Source: Diadema antillarum (lineage: Eukaryota). Taken from it: a stretch of 64,000 nucleotides of DNA. The notes under the pieces were generated by a model. It was not told the DNA's origin, searched no databases, and saw nothing but the letters and a program-made list of their open reading frames with translations. The stretch is taken from positions 682,001 to 746,000 of the forward strand of contig NW_027272221.1 in NCBI RefSeq assembly GCF_040938485.1, in the 5' to 3' direction. A program made the translations under genes and the position numbers. Position 1 is the first letter of the stretch, and every line of letters starts with the position of its first letter. Positions 47,944 to 58,830 of the stretch are shown piece by piece.

Positions 47944-50836
47944 AGTGATGGTGTGGTATTGGTTGAGGTGATGATTCAGCTTTTCAAGTTGTTGCCAGAT
48001 ACTTGGAAACCACTTTATGAAATGCTAAAGAGCATACAATCCTAAGAGGAAATCAAAGTTTATGTTATGAAAATCTGTTTGAAATTCGCTGAAATATTCA
48101 AAACCAAAGTAAAACAAAGTGATCCTATAAAAGGCGATCCCACCTCTTATTATGATCGCTTTGGGGGGGGGGATATATCGGCCGTTACAAAACTAATTTT
48201 CATCAAATAAACGTTGAATTCCTCTTCGAATTATATATGCTCTTCCATTATCATGTTTCTTATTATCTAAAAAAATATATTACAAAAAAAAGTTGGAAAC
48301 TACAGAAGTACGATGGGGTAATACCTCAAACAATGTACCTGCTGGCATGGCCGAAATTTTTAATGATTTTTTTTGTGCATCGATTGGGAAAAATTTATCA
48401 CAAAGTAACCCTTCATCTAATAAAGTGTTTTATGATTTTTTAGATATACCTAATCCTGAAACTATATTTTTGGACCCTACGTATAATGAAGAAGTTATTG
48501 ATATTATTTATAATTTGAAAGAAGGGAAAAGCCCAGGTTGTGATGGAATCGATAATTATTTGTTGAAAAATATAATTCTTCAAATAATGTATCCTTCAGT
48601 ATATATTATTAATTTATCACTTATTACTGGGCTTGTACCAAATCAGATGAAGACTGCCAAATTTATACCTATATATAAGAAAGGGGAGAAGAATGATGTC
48701 AATAATTACAGACCAATATCATTATTAACTTCAATTTCTAAAATTTTGGAAAGAATAGTATACATCCGAACTGTAAAATTTTTGAATATGAGTAAGATAT
48801 TTACGAATTTTCAATTTGGATTTAGAGAAAATCACAACACCACCCACGCTTTACTTATCTTTGTGGAAAAGATTGCACATGCACTCGATACATTTTCGCA
48901 TACAATAGGCATCTTCCTGGACTTTTCAAAGGCTTTTTATACGATTAATCACGGTATACTTCTCTCTAAGTTATCCCATTATGGTATTTGCGGAAAAGCC
49001 TTGCAATGGTTTACGAGTTATTTATCTGACAGATTTCAATATGTACATGTGATCAGTTTTGATTCTTCTATGAAGAAAATAGAATGTGGTGTTCCGCAAG
49101 GAAGTTTGTTAGGCCCACTGTTATTTATAGTTTACATTAATGATTTTTATAGATCTTCAGATAAACTCTCTTTCATATTATTCGCGGATGATTCCAATCT
49201 TTTTTATTCCCACCGTGACCCTTATACTTAAATTAGTACAGTGAATTATGAATTGAAGAATGTCTCACAATTGATATATGCAAATAAATTGTCACTGAAT
49301 ATTGAGAAGACAAAGTGTATGTTTTCAGTAATTCTTTACATAGATTGCTAGGTAATGTTATATTTGACACTACTCCCCTAGAAGAGGTTTCGTCTATTAA
49401 ATTCTTAGGTGTTTGCGTTGATAATAAGTTATCATGGAAGTGTCACATAAACAATATTTGTAATGTAATTGCACGTAACATAGGCGTAGTGAATAGATTG
49501 AAATATTATCTTCCTTCTTCGGCTTTGATTACGCTTTATTCAAGTTTGGTATTGCCGTACTTGAATTACGGAATTCTTGCTTGGGGGAATACATGTTCGA
49601 CATTGTTAGATAAACTTTTTCTTCTGCAAAAGATGGCGCTCAGAATTGTTTTTAACCTTCATATCCGAGCACATACTGACAAGCTGCTCCTTGAACACAA
49701 AATTCTGAAAATAAAAGAGTTGTATTTGTTTCAACTTGGTCAATTTATGTTTAATTACAACTGCAACCATCTACCCAAAATATTTTATTCTTTATTTCAC
49801 TGTAACAGCCACGTACATAATTATCCCACGAGACAATCTAAAGAATTTCATCTTCCCTTAGTGAGATCTGTACACACTCAAAATACATTTGTTTATACCG
49901 AACCCAGATTTTGGAATAGCTTAGATAATGATCTAAAAGAATCTGTGAAGTTAGTTACATTTAAGTATGACCTAAAAAAAAATATTTGTTTTCTAAATAT
50001 ACCAGTTAATTCTGTTCAATGAAAAAAACCCGTCATGTTTCACTTTTCCTTGAGATTTTGTAGTGTGTCCACAGACCTTTTCCATCCCTTTCCTTTTCCC
50101 TCTCCTTTTTCCTATCCTTTTCCTTCTCTATTCTTCCCTGCTCCTTTTTCCTCGTTCTTCGTTGTCCAGTATCTGTCTGAGTGCATTTCCTCAAATTCTG
50201 TTATTTCTGTTTTGTGTTATTGTTGTTGTTGTCGTCGTTATGTTTTTTGTGGCCGATTGCATATCTTCCTTTCCGTTCAATTTTCCTGGCACACCTGGCC
50301 ACATAGTGTCTGTGCCACAAATGTGATATGTTACAAAGTTTATACGTTTGCATTCTAAAATCCTAGTAAGTATTGTTCATAGTATCAGCATCATATATCA
50401 ATGAGTAAAATGTACAATAGTATATAGAAGAATTTAAAATGAATATGTTTTATTGGTATAACAAATTGGTGCTGTTGTTGTTCTGTTCCAGTGTTCCACG
50501 TCTTACAAGCTTGGCTTTTTTAGTGGAACACTGTTTTCCATCATTGTGATTATTTACTATTTTTGTTGCCATGGCATAGTGCATTGTTTCTTTTTTACGA
50601 CATCATTCGTGTATATATACTTTGTATTGTATTGAAAAAAATCCTTTATCAGACGAGTGTAAGAGAAAAAAATTGTATCACTTTGGATTATGTCAACTAT
50701 TTCTTTTCTTTTCTTTTTGATGATGGAAATAAATAAACTATTGAATTGAATTGAATTGAATTGAATTGAAATGAATTGAAGTGAAGTGAAAACCTGACAC
50801 CCTATCATCTCAACTGAAACTGCATACCCCATCCCT
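47944..50836. mobile_element. TTAA-type MITE split by a LINE insertion (47944-48290 and 50789-50836)
   Basis: The missing terminus resumes after the LINE tail as AAAACCTGA...CTCAAC...ATCCCT|TTAA. Confidence 0.65.
48290..50788 (+). mobile_element. 5'-truncated L2/CR1-group (Crack/Daphne-like) LINE, RT pseudogene with (TTGAA)n tail
   Basis: NYRPISLL, NFQFGFR, IFLDFSKAF, GVPQGSLLGPLLFIVYIND, LFADD; premature TAA at 49229-49231, frameshift near 49320, then FLGVCVDNKLSW; AATAAA and tail at 50728-50788. Confidence 0.95.
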
Positions 50837-50984
50837 TTAAAGCCTGTGAATAAATGACGTGTCTTTCAAATATCACTGTTTAATAATTTCAGAACATAGA
50901 TGCTGTCAATTTCAAAGTTTACATGGTGAAACATTCCCTACAAGGAACGAGAATGCAGCTCCTCGTGGGTGAGCTATACGTGGT

Positions 50985-52067
50985 TCACTGAAACTGACGC
51001 TCGTCTTGCCCGAATACTGGTGCTTTGACCCTCTCTGTGGAACGTCGGCTGAACAGTTCCTTTAAGGCAACTCTGAACTGAGGGTAGCGAATAAGGTATA
51101 CCATGGGGTTAACGCAAGAGTTGAAGAAGGCTATGTTCACGAGGAGGTTGTAAGGGGTGCTGAAGAGAAAGTCAGGTCTAAGGAGTTGAAGGCCAAGAGC
51201 CATGTAGGCTACGCCGTCCGGTGTCCAGCAGATGCCGAAAATGAGCACGACAATGAGGACCAGGGTGATCACTTTTTTCCGAGCCAGGAGAAGCTTTGCT
51301 GATGGTCCGGAGCTCTGAAGATCCGCGTCAAAGCGGCGGACGTCTCGACGAAGCGACCTTGCAATAAGGCATTGGGTAACGAGCATGGTGGCTATGGGAA
51401 TAAGGAACATTGTGACGAGCTCCTGAAAGGCAAAGTAGGTGCGTGATTCTGGAGAAGGGTAGGTCACGATGCATCTTCCTGATGTTGCTTCGACGACAGT
51501 CACAGCAAAACTGCGACACTTCAGTCCAAGGGACAGTAACCAGATCATCAGGATCAAGAGCACGGTACGTCGGGGAGTCATCCAGCGTTTGAAGTGGAGA
51601 GGGTGTACGATGGCGATGTAGCGTTCTACCGATATGGCCGTCAGGGTGAAAACCGAAGCGTTTATGGATATCCACATGAAGACGGCAGACCTTATGATCT
51701 TGCAGGCGGCATGACCCAGAAAGGTCAGGGGAACTCGGACAGGCTTTGGCTTCGGAAAGATGAGCAGAGACGTGAGAAAGTCCACGACTGCGAGGGCACC
51801 GATTAGTGTGTCGGTTGAAATTCTTGCAGCCCTCCTCTGAAAGAGAACCATGATGACCAGCATGTTACCCACAATGCCACACGATGAGAAGACAGACTGT
51901 GTGATGTCAGACCATCCCCACTCGATAGGCTGCCACACCCAGTCACTCCTTGGTAACTCCTGCGATTGAGATGGAGGGGTTATAGACAGCAGAGCCCCGC
52001 TGAATATGATTTCAGTAACTGTAGCTCCTGTGCCCATTTCACGATATTTGTCGCTCGCTTCTGCCAT
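50985..52067 (-). CDS. Class A GPCR paralogue 2, 360 aa, single coding exon
   Basis: Same 7TM motifs (LAVVD, ERY, CWTP, NPMVY); ATG at 52067 follows the acceptor ttttattactttgcag 4 nt upstream, so the ORF-track N-terminal 83 aa are probably intronic. Confidence 0.93.
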   Translation of the reverse strand: MAEASDKYREMGTGATVTEIIFSGALLSITPPSQSQELPRSDWVWQPIEWGWSDITQSVFSSCGIVGNMLVIMVLFQRRAARISTDTLIGALAVVDFLTSLLIFPKPKPVRVPLTFLGHAACKIIRSAVFMWISINASVFTLTAISVERYIAIVHPLHFKRWMTPRRTVLLILMIWLLSLGLKCRSFAVTVVEATSGRCIVTYPSPESRTYFAFQELVTMFLIPIATMLVTQCLIARSLRRDVRRFDADLQSSGPSAKLLLARKKVITLVLIVVLIFGICWTPDGVAYMALGLQLLRPDFLFSTPYNLLVNIAFFNSCVNPMVYLIRYPQFRVALKELFSRRSTERVKAPVFGQDERQFQ

Positions 52068-53149
52068 GTCTCTGCAAAGTAATAAAAGTTGAGGGGAAAT
52101 GTGACAAAATGGGTTGGAAGATAACTGAGTCGCATGTTCCATGCGAAATACCTTAAAAATCAACAACTGTTGCGTAAAGAAGCCTTTTTGCATCATGCGG
52201 AAATTAACTCTCAAATTTTGAATTGATTTTATTCCAATGTTTGGCGAATGAATAACACTTTCGTGACTTGCGGTATGAACTTTAGTTTGGCCTCCTTTCT
52301 TTTTTTTTTCTGTCATGTCTGTTGCATGTTAAGTATTGTGGACTGCATTAGACAAAGAGCGAGGGAGATATAAAGGACAAACATGTCTTTTTTAAACAAA
52401 AGCACTGTTTGGGGGGATTTTAAGCCGAAGGCAAAGAACATCGTTTTTATGTTGGTTGTTTGTGTTGGTTTTGTTTCGTTTGGGATTTTTCTTTTCCTCA
52501 AACTAATGGCCATTCTAATATAGCTTTACTTTGTAATCCAAAATGACTTGAGAAAATGTGAACAGCTTGTTGGTGTCTATTTAAAGCATGAGAACAAAGA
52601 TTAGCTTGTACACTTTGTAGTCCCAGAGGCAAGAATAAATGATGTCGTTACCTGACTGGCTTTGCTGTCTGTATCACAATTTTTCTCAAACAATGTCATT
52701 AGATTTTGTATGGGCTGACGAGAAATTATGAAGAAGAAGGAAATAAAAAGAAGAATATAGAATTAGAAGTGGTTTAAAGAGCAGAAGTTTTTTTTTCTTT
52801 GTCATTGTCATCATAGCATTGGTTGTAAGGCAAGTTTGTAAGGTGTGATGAAGACAGGAAAACATGGAGGAGAAAGAAAAAAAAAGCAATCTTGTAGCAT
52901 CAGTGGTGGGATGGGTAGCAGTGTGGTTATAACACAGGTACTACGAAGAGGGTGCATGCATGATGGGGCGAGAAAAAAAAAGACACTGGCTATGTCGCCA
53001 TACGTACCAACAGCTACATATGTGAGAAAGAAAAGTTGCATTTCATATCAAAGCATATAGTCAATACCTTACCCAGCTGATGACAGACCACATAATGACT
53101 GTAAGCAATCTTACTTGTTCCTTCTCGGCATATCACCATACATACACAT

Positions 53150-53430
53150 ATTATATCCATATCATATATTACAAAATATATGATATGCTATATCATATAT
53201 TATGTATTATATATTATATATTATACATTACATATTACATATAATATATGATATTTTATATAATATACATTATATTTTATATATTATGTATTATACATTA
53301 CATATCACATATTACATATAATACATTATATATGATATAATATATATTATATTTTGTATATTATATATTATACATTATGGCATGCATACTATATAATATA
53401 CAATTACATATGATATATATAATAATCATG
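53150..53430. repeat. Degenerate AT-rich (ATATT/ACATT-like) low-complexity array
   Basis: Direct reading. Confidence 0.85.
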
Positions 53431-54107
53431 TCATAATTTGACATATGACAAATCCAAGCCAGTGGTTGAGTGGTTGAATTTGCTGCAAGCCGCCATGAGT
53501 ATTATCACAGTTTAAGCGAAATTCAAGTTTTACTGAAGTATGATGATCAAAGATGGACCGATTCTTACCTTAATCCCTTCGGTAGGAACCAGGATGTTGA
53601 GAATGAGTGCAGCTCCCGTATTCCGATGTTATGTTATGAAAAGAACCTCGGATGAAGATGCACCATGAATGAAATTGTCGCGACGTTTTCAGTTGGTTTC
53701 TATGTACGATCCCATGAAAAATGTTCTCACCAATCACGTTCAACTGTTATACACATCTTTAATTAGCACGTAACACCATGCCTGCGATTAGATCGGCATG
53801 CGCAGTACGTACATGGGATACATTCTACGCGTGGAATATGTCTTGGCTCATAGCGTACTTGAGTAGCTTTTGGTTGTTGTTTTTTCGCGCCTTTTCCCCT
53901 CAGATCCTCGGATTGTGTGGCCATCACGTTGCTGCTCTTACCAGATGTTAATCGTGAAATGATCATACGTTACGTTTATCTTTTGATTCTGTAAACTTTC
54001 TACTGAAATTCAGACGTACAATTTCCTCATGAATAGGTTAACGCATTCATGGACCCCAACCTCAAGCATGTTCACAAGCACAAATCGTGACCACACACCT
54101 GGCTTTC

Positions 54108-54146
54108 TTCTTCTTCTTCTTCTTCTTCTTCTTCTTCTTCTTCTTC
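54108..54146. repeat. (TTC)n microsatellite
   Basis: Direct reading. Confidence 0.9.
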
Positions 54147-56400
54147 GTTGCTTCTTTTTTCTTCTTCTTTTTTTCTGACTGAGAACATTTCACGCTACTT
54201 TCCCCTTAATGAAAGATTTCTTTACTTATTTCATACTGCCAAAGTTTCGGTACACTCGATTTTTCCGCCTGCAGCAATGTTTCTTTTTTTTAGTACAAAA
54301 TATCGTAGTAACAGTGGCGGATCCAGAGGGGGATCACCGGGCGCGAGCCCCCTCTTAATCTTTTGTTAAAACAAAAGAAATAAAAACAAAGCATTTGCTC
54401 GAAAATCTAGCAACTACAGCCCTTTATAATCATGTCTCAAAAACAGCACTGCTTGGTTATTATGACACTACTTGAAACACTACTTAACTCTGTAAGTTTT
54501 ATAAGTTTCATATCTTTTTTGTTTGGAATCTCTTGCATTCATTTCGTTTTACAAAGTTTATTTTTTCTGTTTTTCATAATTGAATTATTACTTACGTGCA
54601 AGTAAAGGTTATTGCCAACAAGTGATTCCTGATTTGTAACATAACAGTGAATATTCTTAAATTCATGATAAAAAATACTAATGTTTTCTAATCATTTTTA
54701 TGCTATTTCTTAGCAGCTTAATCGCAAATGCCTCAACTCATGCAACTTAACAAGAATGGAGCTAACTCGTTGTTAATCTCTTCATTATACAGAACTAGCA
54801 ATCACCACCCAATATGGAAGCATACACGGCCACCAGATGCCTTAAAAACCAAAATATCTGTGACAAAAAACAACAACATCAAACAAACTAACTAATAAAT
54901 AAGAAGTAAGAAATGTGTCCCTAACACTGTGTATGTTGTTGTTGCTGCTGTTGCCGCTCTCGTTATTGATAACAGACTGATTTTTTTTTATAAAAATGAA
55001 TTCGATTCTCGATTGTTAACCATCTTCTTCTTTTTTTAATTCATTATATCAAAAAGTTGTTATTTCTATGGAAATCTATTATTGGTCAGTGGGCCTTCAC
55101 ATAGAAAAGACGAAATTTCAACAATTAACGCATCATTCTGTTTTTCAGGTAGCCTACATTTTCCTAACTCACCACCCATAGAAACCTTCACTAAGTGATT
55201 TCTTTTCTTCGCGCACTTCTAGTTAAAAGTCTCAATTTATGCCTACCGATTGTCCTTCTCGATTTTTTTTTTCATTTCTTTTTGTGTTGTTGTCGATACG
55301 TTAGTTAGCTTCACTCGTCGACTGCCCTTATGGGAGGACAGGAAATACCATTCCTGAGCCCGCCTTGGAAAATAGACACAACTTCCATTAGAAAAACTAC
55401 AACAACTAAGTTTAAAGTCTATTCATTTACTTGGATGCAGCCTAGAACGGTTTAATGTTTTTATTTTCCTTTTTTTCTTAAATGTGAAGGGCAAGAAAAA
55501 AACCTTCTTAAATGATTTGTGTAGGGCAAGAAAAAAAAATCTTCCGGTAGAATTATGCCATCGTTCAGATGAAAGGCCAGTTATCATCGGTTATTGAAAA
55601 GCAGAATGCATTCGAATACGACTTGCTGATGCGTATTTTGTAGGATTTATTCTTTTATCCGCCGAGAAATCGCAGGATGAAAGATAGCCAGGAAGAGAGA
55701 GCAGGAGAGGCTCTTTCCTGTGACTAATTCTTAACCCTCTGAGAACAAGGAATTCCTTTCATAGTGTACAAATAGCTAAACATAGATTGTAAAATCACTT
55801 TCGCTTTTCCCCCTGTCGTTACTTTCGTGGCGAAGGATCAAGGTTATACTCTGAAAGATTTTTTCTCCTTTATCGTGCCAGCTGAATATCGTTGAAAAAT
55901 TCTAATCAAAAGAAATATAGCCCACTGACCGATCACCCCACAACAATATACCCGTTCAGTTCTTTTCAGGCATATACTATATAGACTGGTAGATGCATTG
56001 CAAAAAGGGGTTTGGCGAAGAGCTGGGATACTAACACACGAAAGATTTGCATTCTGTTTCCTCAGGTGTTTTCAAAGAGGTATTTTAAAAGCATATGTAT
56101 TGTAAATAAGCATTTGTAAGATGTTGGCAAAATATTGAATAGGAAAGCTTTAGTTTGTTGTTGTAAATATTGTTTGGATTATCACATCACTGCGTAATTT
56201 CAGTCTTCAACACGTCATGCTGGCACTATCAGATTTTCCAATGAGCAATAACAAAGCATTGCCCATAAAATGCGGAAACACATCCCACACAAGCACACTC
56301 ACGCACCGATTTAATGAACACAATTTGATCATTGATACCATGCTCTATATTTCTTTTTCAAAGCATATCATGAATCAAGATATGTCATAAAGAAGTTATT

Positions 56401-57095
56401 CTGTTATTCACAGGGAGGTAAAATTTATAGTCCAATATGTACAATCAATAACGTAGAGTGCCTATAATCTTTCCCCTGTTAAAAGACCCGTGATATTGAT
56501 TGGTAGAGTGAAAGGATTATTATATGGGGGGGGGGTGGGGCTCTACCTGTTGAATTACAGCACTGGAGTGAAAACTGGGAAAACTGTTATTAACAGGGAG
56601 GTAAAATTTACGGTTCAATATGTACAATCAATAAAGTAGAGTGTCTATAATCTATCCCCTGTTCAAAGACCCATATTGATTGGTGGAGTGAAAGGATTAT
56701 TATGGGGGGGGGTAGGGCTACCTGTTGAATTACGGCACTGGAGTGAAAACTGGGACTCACCAGCCAAAAGCCGGATACAACGGAGGAGTAATGGAAATGG
56801 AATCATGAGGGAATCATGAAAAATAGACAGAAAAGTAGAGTTAGGAAGTATACAAGAAAAGGTGGAGAAACATTCAATGTTCAAAGACCCATATTGATTG
56901 GTGGAGTGAAAGGATTATTATTGGGGGGGGGGTAGGGCTACCTGTTAAATTACGGCACTGGAGTGAAAACTGGGACTCACCAGCCAAAAGCCGGATACAA
57001 CGGAGGAGTAATGGAAATGGAATCATGAGGGAATCATGAAAAATAGACAGAAAAGTAGAGTTAGGAAGTATACAAGAAAAGGTGGAGAAACATTC
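56401..57095. repeat. Two overlapping tandem duplications (about 183-bp unit x2 and 218-bp unit x2)
   Basis: Units start at 56401 and 56584, and at 56660 and 56878; the second pair is almost identical. Confidence 0.9.
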
Positions 57096-57308
57096 TAGTG
57101 CCATTGGTAAATAGACACTGAGCCATTTAGCTCCAAGAAAAAAAAATAATGAAAGACTGCATTCAGCGAAGGAATAAAATACAATCAAGTAGGCCTACAT
57201 CGTAAAAGAGTAGGTAACATTGAAGTATGATATACATATTTCTTTCGACGTTAGGTCGATGTTGAAAGACCTAAGAAAGGGAAATGAGGGAAAAGAAAGA
57301 GAGGGGGA

Positions 57309-57349
<41 letters not shown>

Positions 57350-58509
57350 CAGAAGAATAGAGTGATATGCACGAGAACGTTTGAAAGTGAAAAATGTATA
57401 TAGTCATCGTCCTGTCGAAAGCCCATTCTACTAAGCATCTGAAAAAAAAACCTTTTTTATCTGATATTTCATTATTATTTTTATTATTATTATTCTACAT
57501 CTGGTTAGCAATTGAAGTGAAGAAATTTGTCAAAGCGCGTACGGGGAAAAAAAAGGAGAATTGTTGGGGAAAGGCGAAAACACATATTATTCACATACAA
57601 TCAAATAAAAAGAAGAAATGTCAATACTCGAAGGTCTACGAAGACGTGTGAGAGTGTCTGAGGCGAATGGAAATATCACAATTCGATGAATGCAGCTAAT
57701 GGCTGCATTCCATTTTGAAGGCAACTAGTCAATTTTGAAAGTAGAAAAAAGTTATTTGCAAAGTGTAGGTGAATAAGACACGCTTCGATAATATTTCTTT
57801 GCAGTTTTCACTGCCGATGTTGAGGTATATAGTATCTGTTAGTTATTTTCATGTCATCCATATCATACTATAAGTTCTATTAATCCATCTCTCCCTTCAT
57901 TTTCCTTAGAACATGATTCCTTGTATGTATTATATCATTATGCGTCTATATTTATGTCTCTACTCCGAAATCTGTGGGATAATTGTATGAACATTACAGA
58001 GTTTGTACAGGTCAAAATAATGTTCTTTGTTACTTGGAGGCACACGTCATTTTGCATCATTATTGTCCAGTAATTAATGTTCAAGCACATCTCTGGTTCG
58101 AGTAAGACTGATAAAAACGTGAAGTATACGTGGTATTCTAACGTAACAGGGTACAACGTGCTTTTTTAAGTATAGGGACATAAATGCCCATCATTGTGAT
58201 ACGATGCATATAAAGACACGTATCACTCATTATGGTAAAGAAAACCGCTGATGATGATGACGGTACAATCACAGAAATGAAAGAAAAATGCTAAGATATA
58301 TAGAGGGGAAGGAGAGGAAGACATCACAAGCTTGATAATCAGCTTTGCTTGTCAGCAAAAGTCAAAGAAAAGATAATGCACATGAAGGGATGTTTTCACT
58401 CACATTTCTACACCATGTAAACAGCAACAATAACAGCAACAACAAAAACAACAACAACAACAACAAAAACCCCAAAATGACATGGAAATATGCATATAAT
58501 GGTAGTTAT

Positions 58510-58830
58510 AGTAAATTTGATTTGATCTGATTTGATTTATTTTCTGTACAGCATCATTTACACTTCTTCTTTTTTTGCAATATAATCAAAAATAATACAA
58601 ACAAACATGATATAAACAAACATGACAACCTAGTCTCTACAATTTCAACAATTTTCATTACACACACATCTGTAACATAATTACAGTAAATATACTATGA
58701 ATTACCCCAACACAGCTTGCTAAAATTGTTCACGGTTGGTTTTCTATATCCAGCCATTATCTGGCTTGCTGCCTGTCTGGACATGGTCGGATTGTCAAGA
58801 GGTATACTGAGTTTGAATTGTATAGGTTGT
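58510..58830 (-). mobile_element. Probable LINE 3' UTR fragment with (TCAAA)n tail
   Basis: AATAAA followed by TCAAATCAGATCAAATCAAAT on the minus strand. Confidence 0.45.

Noticed and set aside
52068-52316. 83-aa N-terminal extension of the 443-aa GPCR ORF
   Set aside because: A strong acceptor lies 4 nt before the ATG at 52067, the paralogue has the same arrangement, and the extension is AT-rich and low-information.
53455-53560. Possible tRNA-derived SINE head (GTGGTTGAGTGGTT)
   Set aside because: No convincing B box, cloverleaf, tail or TSD.
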